DNA of 64,000 nucleotides from Paraspadella gotoi (lineage: Eukaryota > Animalia > Chaetognatha). The position numbers and the translations under genes are program-made. Position 1 is the first letter of the stretch. Every line of letters begins with the position of its first letter. Shown here piece by piece: positions 55,236 to 64,000 of this stretch. The stretch covers positions 5,158,773 to 5,222,772 of the forward strand of contig CM119269.1 in NCBI GenBank assembly GCA_051294375.1, given 5' to 3'. The notes under the pieces are model-generated. The model did not search any database. It was not told where the DNA came from and was given only the letters and a program-made list of their open reading frames with translations.

Positions 55236-56358
55236 GTATTATTTAGAAGAAACAGTGAACCTCAACAATCCAATAAACCACAAAACTCCAAAACTTTTAA
55301 AAAAATCAAAAGGATAACGAAACCCTAGCAAACCCGCAAACGAAAGAACCGCAAGAAAAAAGCAAAGAAAAAAAAGATAGAAAATCCTAATCACAAACAA
55401 AAGAAAATGAGGACAAAAAACGAGGAAGAAACACCAAACAAAAGGATATATTCTTAAAAACCCCGACAATAAAGAATAAACGAAATAAACCAAATAACGC
55501 ACCACCTTGTTGATCTAACTCAAATCAATCTCACAAACTCTAACCCCAAAAAATCTATAATCACCATTCAAATACTCTCCTCATCATTACAATCTCTCTC
55601 TCTCCTCCATCCTCTCTTCTCCTCTTCTCTCTCTCTCTCTCTCTCCCTTAATCTATCCTGAATTTCTCATGCATTTTTTTTTATCTTTTTCCTCCCTTTT
55701 TTCTCTTCTAAATTCCTCCTTCCCTTTGCCCCAATCTCGTCCGCCATTTTTCTTACTTTGAACTCTATTTTTTTCTATATTTCTCTTTTTCTTTTCTTTC
55801 TTTCTTTTCTCATTTTTTCTTTCCTTCCTCCTTATCTGAGCGCAGAAGGAGATCGCTGGGCAACCTTCCTCGCTTATCTAATCCTTTTTTATAAACCGCG
55901 CCGTAACTGTTACAATATTTTTTGATTTATCATCTNNNNNNNNNNNNNNNNNNNNNNNNNNNNNNNNNNNNNNNNNNNNNNNNNNNNNNNNNNNNNNNNN
56001 NNNNNNNNNNNNNNNNNNNNNNNNNNNNNNNNNNNNNNNNNNNNNNNNNNNNNNNNNNNNNNNNNNNNNNNNNNNNNNNNNNNNNNNNNNNNNNNNNNNN
56101 NNNNNNNNNNNNNNNNNNNNNNNNNNNNNNNNNNNNNNNNNNNNNNNNNNNNNNNNNNNNNNNNNNNNNNNNNNNNNNNNNNNNNNNNNNNNNNNNNNNN
56201 NNNNNNNNNNNNNNNNNNNNNNNNNNNNNNNNNNNNNNNNNNNNNNNNNNNNNNNNTCTCTTTCACCCACTCCGATCTCCAGACTCCATTGTTCCATCTA
56301 TTCCGCATCTGCCCCTCGATTTAACGACTCGAGACAAATCGATAAAATCTCGTCTTTG

Positions 56359-56470
56359 CCACGATGAAACCACAATGGAACACCAATGTACGCACGATGA
56401 AACCACAAAGGATCCGCTATGGAGCCACAAAGGACCCACAAGGGACCCACTTTGGAACTACGAAGGAAAG
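56359..56470. repeat. Degenerate minisatellite (33-bp period built from ~11-bp ccacaaaggac-like units)
   Basis: cacgatgaaaccacaa occurs twice, and ccacaaagga/ccacaaggga and ccgctatgga/ccactttgga recur. Confidence 0.6.
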
Positions 56471-56840
56471 TATCCTCCCGAAATCTCTCCATAATTGATT
56501 CGTCTTTGATGCTCTTCGGAGATCCAGTTCCGCCGGCATACGCACTGGTTTACGGTATTAGTGATGTCTTCTTTTCCAGGAGACAGTTTCGAAGTTTTGT
56601 TTCTAAACCTTTCAGATCTTATTATACATACATACATACATACATACATACGTACGTACAAGAACAGATTTAAAGACTAAAACTAAAAATACGAATCTGA
56701 AAATCAAAAATTCGGCTTGAATCGCGAAATATAATGTAGAACAAATTGAACAAAGTAAAAGAAACTATTCATTTTTTATCCTCGGAACTTCGACGCCAAA
56801 GAATCATCCATTTATCAATCTCGGAACCGATTTCAAAGAA

Positions 56841-57013
56841 ATGAGCGCCAAAACGATTCTCCTCAATGTGGGCGGCGTCCGTCACGTGACGACGACGACG
56901 ACGCTGCTTCGATTCCCGGATTCCATGTTGGGTCGAATGATCGAGGGAAAAATCCCATCGGCCAAGGACGACTCGGGCGCCATCTTTATCGATCGCAACG
57001 GAAAGATGTTTAG
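56841..57013 (+). CDS. First exon of a KCTD-type (T1-like) BTB/POZ domain protein
   Basis: MSAKTILLNVGGVRHVTTTTTLLRFPDSMLGRMIEGKIPSAKDDSGAIFIDRNGKMFR matches the LNVGG..T...TL...PDSML..M....D..G..FIDR.G..F signature. Similarity stops at TTTAG|GTGGGG (donor at 57014). Confidence 0.9.
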
Positions 57014-57741
57014 GTGGGGGCGTGGTTGGTACTTATCTTTTCATGTCTCTGATTTTTTTCAACAGAATTGTTTTAAGTTCTGCATGTAATGAACAAAGAT
57101 CGACTTAGATACGTTAGTATAGTTTTGTGGCGCTCTCTCTAAAACCCCCAAAACTTCTGCTTTCTTAGGCATAGTGTTTTAAAAGTGCTCGACTGATTTT
57201 TAAAACGCGCCTTACTTTTTGTGAGTCTCTCTTGTTCTTTGCGCGTCTTCTTTTTTCTGGAAACGAATTTTCTACCATCCGATGCATATTTTTTTTTTAT
57301 CGATTAGCAAATTTAGGATTTTTTTGACGTTGTATTATATTGCCCTTTTTTTTGCATCTATGTTAAAAACATATTTACGTATGTATATTGGCAAAAGTAC
57401 GCCCCGGGATAAGTCCCGACAATTTTAAGAATTTAGATCGAAGCTATTATTACTACTAATACTTCTTATAAGCCGCACCTAACTTACCATTTTTTTTTAT
57501 CATTGGTTGCTTAATCAGTAAGTTTTAAGGCGGCACCCTTTGAAATAGGAAATACGAATTTTTTTTTCAGAGAACAAGCATCAAGCTCATTTAGTTATTT
57601 GCAGTTATAAATTGGAAACGTTTTCTATCGGACGTTACTTTCAGTGCGCCTCAGTGTGGTACGGGGCCCGGCCTCAAGCTCTTTCGCGCGACGGTTGACA
57701 GCTCGGGCGACAAAGGGAAAGAGACGGGCAGTATTGTGGAT

Positions 57742-57830
57742 TGGGGCCGTAGAGAGAAGACGAGGGCAGGCTTGTGAGGGCCGTAGAGAGCAGAGAGAGG
57801 CAGCTTTGTGGGCCGTAGAGGAGCAGTGCA
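57742..57830. repeat. Three-unit ~33-35-bp tandem repeat
   Basis: gggccgtagag(a/g) at ~57744, ~57778 and ~57810 with similar linkers. Confidence 0.7.
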
Positions 57831-58599
57831 AGCGGGACCGGGAGGGGGGGGGTGGTGGAGAGGCGGATTCCATCTCTCACTCAGCGCTGCACCGAAAAAT
57901 CCATTCGAATACCGACATGAAGCCTTAGCGAGGGGGGAGGGTGGCAAGGGGGGGGGAGGCGGAAGGCGGCCGAGACGTCGCGGGTCGAACTCTCGTCGAG
58001 ACGTCTTTTGCGCTTAAGAGGAAGATCCGACGCAAGCAGGAAGGTGAAAAGAGCACGCGGCGTCGGAGAGGAACTCGGTAGCGGGGGCCGGAGGAGGCGG
58101 GGGATTTAAAGAAGAGGAAACGGCCCCGCCGCTGGGTGAAACGGAAAAAATTTAGGGGGAGCATTCTATCGTCTGGCTTTTAATATTGAAATTGAAGGAT
58201 TTGTGGTTGGTGGGAGAGGTTTTAGCGGAACAGAAGAGACGAGAGAGCATCGAGAGAGCAGACGGAGTATGAGAGAGAGAGCCAAGCCGGAAGAGGACAT
58301 GGGGGAAGGACAAAGAGAGAGTGAGAGAGGAGAGAAAGAGAGAGGGAGAGAGGGAGAGGAGAGGAGATTCTGTCAAAAGGACAGATAATGGGTTGGGGCG
58401 TTCTGCCGCGGCCTTTCGCAACCAAACAATCGCACCGCCCAGCACCCACGATTCGTCGAAGGAGAGATAGATGACGAAGATGGAAAATAAGAACGGAAAG
58501 TCGGCCAGGAAGGAATGAGGAATCGTAAGAGATGAGGAGGAATGAGGAGATAAGGAGAGAACGAGGAGAGACGAGGGAATCGATCGAAGAGAATGAGCA

Positions 58600-60804
58600 G
58601 ACGAATGAAGGAGGCATTCGAGGAGCAGATGAGGAGAGACGAGGATCGTGAGAGTTACGAAACGAATTTTTAAGAATTTGGCGGATTGCGTAATTGATGA
58701 ATTTAGTGACGACACTTAATTATTGGCGATTGGTGTAATATGAGTTGGCTTATTAGCGTACTTTGGTTCATTTCTTTTATGTTTTACTTTTGCCATTTTT
58801 TTTCATTGAAACATTAATTACTAAACACAGTCACCATTTTGGAGGAAAGACAATTAAGTTTTTAGAATTTAGTTACCAAGGCAACAACGAACTCTCTTGC
58901 TCGGAACACAAAGGGCAAGATCACCGACAAAGAGAGAGAGAGAGATAAGAGAGATAGAGACGTAGAGAGAAGAGAGAGGAGAGAGAGAGAGGAAGGAGAG
59001 AGAGAGAGGATAAAAAAAAAAGAAGAAAGAGAGAAGAGGAGGAGAGGCCGTCTCTTGGGTGGAAATCGTTTAAAAAAAAAAATGAGGCTGTTGGGCAGAA
59101 AAACTCGAAGAAAAGTCTCCAGGAAATCAAGAAATGGATGAAACAAAGTCATCAAAACATAAAAAAGAAAACAAAAAAAAAAAAAAAGGAAGCGGAAAAA
59201 CAAAGACAGCAAAACATTGATCTACACAACGGATGTAACGGCACTACCTAAAAAACGTAACTAAAAGATTAACCATCTTAAATAATTGTTACCTTCATTT
59301 AAATTTTTTCTTTATTGGAAGACTAAGAACTAAATTAAAACACAGGAGAAATGAATAATACAGAGAGTTAAAAAAAAACACCCACTTAGCACGATCCAAA
59401 TCAAATCAGGTGACCTTAAAATGCAGTTCAATCCTTGGAGGCGCCAATTCAGAACGCGTTTGTCACGCGAACGAGCCAAACGCTCCGCACTGTCTTCCCC
59501 TTCGTACGCAGCCGAAAATGCGCCGGGAACCGGATCGCGCCGTGAGTCTCTCCGGCATCTCGTTCATCATCCGTCAGCAAACTGAACAATCACGGTGAAC
59601 GCTTAAGAATCTGTTCTTCGAATTATCTTCGCCGAGATGTTGGGATGTTCAAAAGTCACGGATTCCTTGGCGGACTGAAAGCAGATGGAGTCGCGAGCCC
59701 ACCTGCGCATGTCCCCGAAGTATACGTCATCGTGACCAGTGTGCCGTTCGGCGAACCAGCCGTTGCCGTCGCCCCGTGCTTGACCGCTTCGCCGCCACCG
59801 CGTATCATGCGGTGTCGAGCCCATAGAAGGTCCGCTCATCGTTCAGAGTCGATCAAGTCGACGAGCCGTCGGGCAAAACGAGAAGTATCGCCCCGGTCGC
59901 CGGAGAAAATCCAGAACGAGGCTTGGAAGATCGCGCTACTTAATGAAAATCCAGAACGAGGCTGGAGAGAATCGCTCATAATTTATGAAAATCCAGCACG
60001 GAGAGCTGGCAGAGCAAAATCGGCTCATAATTTATGAAATCCAGAACGCAGGCTCGGAGAGGAATCGCTCTTAATTAGTGAAAAAAATCGCAGCAACCGG
60101 GCTGGAAGAATCGCTCCTAATTTATGAAAATCCAGAACGAGGCTTGGAGAGAAATCGCTTTGATAATTTGAAATTGGGTTCTCGCTTCACGGAATCGGGA
60201 CCCTAATAACGATTTCCCACGGATTGGCAAGAGAACGACTGTGGATCTAATGAGGAACTNNNNNNNNNNNNNNNNNNNNNNNNNAGCGCGCGGATCGTTC
60301 CGGACATTTTCGCTGCGTACGAAGGGGAGACAGGTGCGAGCGTTTGGCTCGTTCCGGACAACGCCGTCGAAGCGCTCAAGGATTGGAACTCTTTTAAGGT
60401 TCACTGATTCATTGTCTGATGGCTTTTTTTTAACTCTCTGTTATATTCATTTCTCCTTATTTTAATTTATTCTTTCTTCAATAAAAAAAAATTTAAATGN
60501 NNNNNNNNNNNNNNNNNNNNNNNNNNNNNNNNNNNNNNNNNNNNNNNNNNNNNNNNNNNNNNNNNNNNNNNNNNNNNNNNNNNNNNNNNNNNNNNNNNNN
60601 NNNNNNNNNNNNNNNNNNNNNNNNNNNNNNNNNNNNNNNNNNNNNNNTCTTTTAGTTAGTTTTTTTTTACAATCCGTTTTGTAGACAAGTGTTTTGCTGT
60701 TTTCCTTTTTTTAGTTGACTTTGTTTTCACCATCTTGATTCCGAGACTTTTCTTCGAGTTTTCTGCTCAACAGCCTTTGTTTGTCATTAACGATTTCCAA
60801 GAGA

Positions 60805-60862
<58 letters not shown>

Positions 60863-61172
60863 TCTATCTCTCTCTCTCTCTTTGTCGGTTGACTTCCTTT
60901 GTGTGTCCGAGCAAGATGAGTTCGTTGTTGCCTTTTGTAACTAAATCTAAACTTAAGTCTTTCAAAATGGTGACTGTGTTTAGTAATTAATGTTTCAAGA
61001 AAAAATGGCAAAAGTAAAACAGTAAAGAATAACCAATTCGCTAATAACCCAACACATATTCACCAATCGCCAATAATTAGTTCGTCACAAATTCATCAAT
61101 TCACCAATCCGCCAAATCTTAAATTCGTTTCGTCTCTCACGATTCCTCGTCTCTCCTCATTCTCCTCATTCT
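58600..61172. repeat. Inverted duplication: ~58600-59270 vs 60647-61172 and ~59295-59540 vs 60285-60499
   Basis: For example taattattggcgattggtg vs caccaatcgccaataatta, and aacgagccaaacgctc..cccttcgtacgcagc vs gctgcgtacgaagggg..gagcgtttggctcgtt. Confidence 0.85.
59905..60169 (+). repeat. Six-unit ~42-bp tandem repeat
   Basis: Consensus GAAAATCCAGAACGAGGCTGGAGAGAATCGCTCATAATTTAT (ENPERGWRESLIIY in one frame), with no spacers. Confidence 0.85.
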
Positions 61173-61225
61173 NNNNNNNNNNNNNNNNNNNNNNNNNCCC
61201 TCTATTCATTTCTCATCGACTTTTA

Positions 61226-61580
61226 AAAGTGTGCAAATTGAGATCCCAAGGAGAGAACAATTGCTGTGGCAAGAATTAACAGCCTCGAGCCGTCATCTGC
61301 TTTTCGATAGAATCGTGGAAGTGTATAGACTGCCATACGGCACAGATCAATGCTGCCCCAATCCCCAGAACCCAAAGCTGCCCTGGCTGCCCCTCTTCTT
61401 TTCCCGATTCTCGTTCTGCCTCTTTTGTTCATCTTCGCCGCGATGGTAAGTCAAGTCTATTTGGAAATCCTGTCACCCGTCCGCCGTGCGGAGAAAGAGC
61501 TTCAGTAGGTCGACCTCCTACCACGCAGGCCTTATGAAACCAGTAAACGTTCGTTGTGCCAATTTTAACCGACCATATTG
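61226..61580 (+). CDS. Zinc-finger protein fragment: PHD-like finger followed by C2H2-like finger(s), error-ridden or pseudogenised
   Basis: One frame reads KVCKLRSQGENNCCGKN*QPRAVICFSIESWKCIDCHTAQINAAPIPRTQSCPGCPSSFPDSRSASFVHLRRDG. WKCIDC is the PHD terminal motif and CPGCPSSF...HLRR is C2H2-like. It has one in-frame TAA and a possible GTAAGT donor at 61446. Confidence 0.45.
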
Positions 61581-62097
61581 AAAGCGTAAAGCGGCGTTTG
61601 GAGGCGTTGATGCTTGTTCTCTGAGAAAAAAAAATCGTATTTCTATTTCAAAGGTTCCCCCCTTAAAACCTTTACCGATTAAGCAGAACAAATTGATAAA
61701 AAAAAGTAAGTTGCCTTTATAAAAGTTCAATAGTATAATCATACTCAACGATCTAATTATTTCAATTTCGGACTTATCCCGCGTAATTTGCATATATATA
61801 TATTCTTTTTTTAAACAACAAAAAAAGCAATATAAAAACGTCAAAAAAACAAAGCATAATCGATAAAAAAAAATAATCCACTCGAGCGAGAAAATCGGTT
61901 TCCAGGAGAAAAAAGAAGAGCAAAAGACAAGAAGCGAAAATTACGATCGAAAAAAAACAAAAAAACAAAAAAAAAGGAAAACAGAGGAGCCAAGTCCCCG
62001 AGGGAAATTTTCACCTTATATAATATCGGCCTTTGCTATGAATCTCGGCGACGATGAGAGAGGACAAAAAAAAAAAAAAGAGAGTTGGAGAGACCTG

Positions 62098-62710
62098 CGA
62101 CGCCATCGAATGCGGACTTGATTATTTCGAAATGTATATTGGGAAAAGAATCGGCTATTATTAATCGTTAGAATCGTTAGATAATAATTATATATAATTA
62201 TTATAATTATTAGTCTCGCTCAATGCCTTTTAGCGTTTTAGCGATATATTTTTATTCTTCTTTTTCAAAAAAAAAATTTTTAGTGTATTGTATAAACACA
62301 AAGTAAAGTCGTCTAATCGTCTATAGTGTAATTCGGATCAAATCGCCAACTCCAAAATAACGCTTTCATGAGACACCAGAAAAAGCTTATAAATTCTTAT
62401 TAATGTCTTGAAAATTGTTCTTTTGTATTTTACAACCTTTTTTTTTACATTTCGCCTTTTTCCTCCATCTATATATTTTGCCCCCAAATTTCGTGCGATT
62501 CGTTCCATTTTTTTAAATCAAACTTTTCCATCTATTTTTGTTTTCCTCCTTTTTTTCCCCTTTTTTTTTCTCCTTTTATCCTTTATTACTTTTTGGGAAT
62601 TCACGCGACATTTGGTCGCCATCACCTGTGAGGCCGCCACGGGGAATTAAAGGCCGTCAAAGGGAACGCGGGTGGGCCGGGGAAAATCCCGCCTCCGCCC
62701 ATGTCTCTCT

Positions 62711-62743
<33 letters not shown>

Positions 62744-64000
62744 TTCTCCCTCATTCTTGAGCACAAATGTATTGGAAAAAAGAAAAATTCCTTTCATCAG
62801 CCTGAGAAAAGAAATAAAATTACGAAAGTAGGTTGGATGCATTTTCGTCGGAGAGGGCAACAAAACATGAGTGAGATTGCCCTGTGTTACGTTTCGTATT
62901 TACAGTCATCCCTGCCGGTAATAATGTAAAGCGAAAGGAAATTTCAAAGAAATACAAGTGAACCTCGATCGAAATTTAGAATAGTTGTTTTCTTGGAAAA
63001 CTTTATTTGTGAATTAACCATTTTAGCAATGCGTTTAATTAGTTTTTTTTCTTTTTAAATGTTTCTTCTAAATCGGTTTATTTCGTTGCTAAAACTTCAA
63101 ATCTCTCTTCCATCTCAAACCTTAAAAAGTCAGGTCTCTAACCCCGCTCTTGACCCGAACTCGTTTAGACTCAAACCCTGCGTTGAAAGGCAAACTCGCC
63201 CCCCCGAGAAACGTTGAGAAAAAACCAAAAGGGAGGAGGGCGGAGGAGAGAAAGAGAGAAGGAGAGAGAGAGAGAGAGATGAGAGAGGAAGAGAAGAGAG
63301 AGAAGAGAGAGAGAGAGGGATGAGAGAGAGAGGAGAGGAGAGAGACGAGAGAGCTGACGTTAGAAACCAGGGGGAAAAAAGCGAAGGAGATAAAATCCCT
63401 GTGTTTGTTCCGCCCGACCTTTCGCTCAAAATCGTTCCCACTCGGAGCCTTACCCTATTTTTTCCTTCCCCATCCTCCTCTTCCTTCTCCTCCTCCTCTT
63501 CCTTCTCCTCATCTTCTTCCTCCTCCTCTCCCACCCTCTCCTCTTTTCGGCCTCCATCCGGAATCTCGCCGGGCCTCGACCCACCAAATACCACTCGGCC
63601 TTTACTCACTTACCTTTTGTTATGCATCAGGCTAACGACCGGCCCTTTTTCTTCTTTATTAACTAATTAGATATATGTAGTTGGGTATAATCTTTACAAA
63701 AATCTATATATTATAAGAGGGATGGATGCATAGCCTGTCCAAAGTCAGTGGAAAGATCGCTTATTTATTTAATTAATGTACAATTTTTCGTTGGTAGTTC
63801 CAATTTCAAACTTTTCTTATAATTTACTCTTCTTCCTTCGTTTTCTCTTCTTCAACTTACCCCCACGCCTACCCCATCTTTACCCACCACGGCACCACAG
63901 TTTCTACCGCTCGCCCTGGCATCTTGTGACTAAAGGGAAGTGATTAACCCCAGTCACCTCGAACGACCAAACGCCTTTTACTTTTCCTTATCTCCTCCTT
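62098..64000 (-). CDS. Multi-exon hypothetical protein, paralog of the 20.1-21.9 kb gene, running off the window end
   Basis: GTAAGT donors at ~63861 and ~63614 (minus). Peptides EIGTTNEKLYIN, TDFGQAMHPSLL, HSCFVALSDENASNLL and PRSL.RPLIPRGGL are colinear with the other gene. Confidence 0.55.

Noticed and set aside
57400-57550. tataagccgcacc motif reminiscent of pogo/Tc2-type MITE interiors
   Set aside because: No matching TIR pair or TSD could be identified.
59905-60169. CRISPR-like array
   Set aside because: Units are contiguous with no unique spacers, no cas genes are present and the context is eukaryotic.
54340-63790. TAA/TAG reassignment to Gln, suggested by lone in-frame stops (NIM*RYRV, KSLE*WLQK, GKN*QPR, YIN*INK)
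   Set aside because: The error rate is high enough to explain them, and cleaner exons (52567-52770, 50168-50485, BTB) have no in-frame TAR, with CAA/CAG used for Gln at 52567-52770. A codon-reassignment analysis (e.g. Codetta) on polished data would be decisive.

Overview
This is eukaryotic, AT-rich, intron-rich genomic DNA saturated with (GA)n, (GATA)n and (GAAA)n microsatellites; a protist such as an amoebozoan is plausible but only inferred. There are no prokaryotic features (no CRISPR, rRNA or tRNA recognised), and most ORFs in the supplied track are microsatellite artefacts. The window is highly redundant: the same loci recur 2-4 times in direct and inverted orientation, with indel-dominated differences, fold-back junctions and nine gaps of exactly 25 N. 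This points to long-read gap filling with unpolished, probably chimeric reads plus two haplotypes, rather than real tandem arrays. Comparing the copies is nevertheless informative. It shows (i) a 607-bp hAT-type MITE with an 8-bp target-site duplication, present in one copy with precisely empty sites in two others; (ii) a ~550-580-bp degenerate foldback element inside a probable F-box/LRR gene; and (iii) an unrecognised minus-strand gene family with a diverged paralog at 62-64 kb. Recognisable coding pieces are a KCTD-type BTB/POZ first exon (56841-57013), F-box/LRR exons and a noisy PHD plus C2H2 zinc-finger region. Gene models and most boundaries are approximate because of frameshifting sequence errors.
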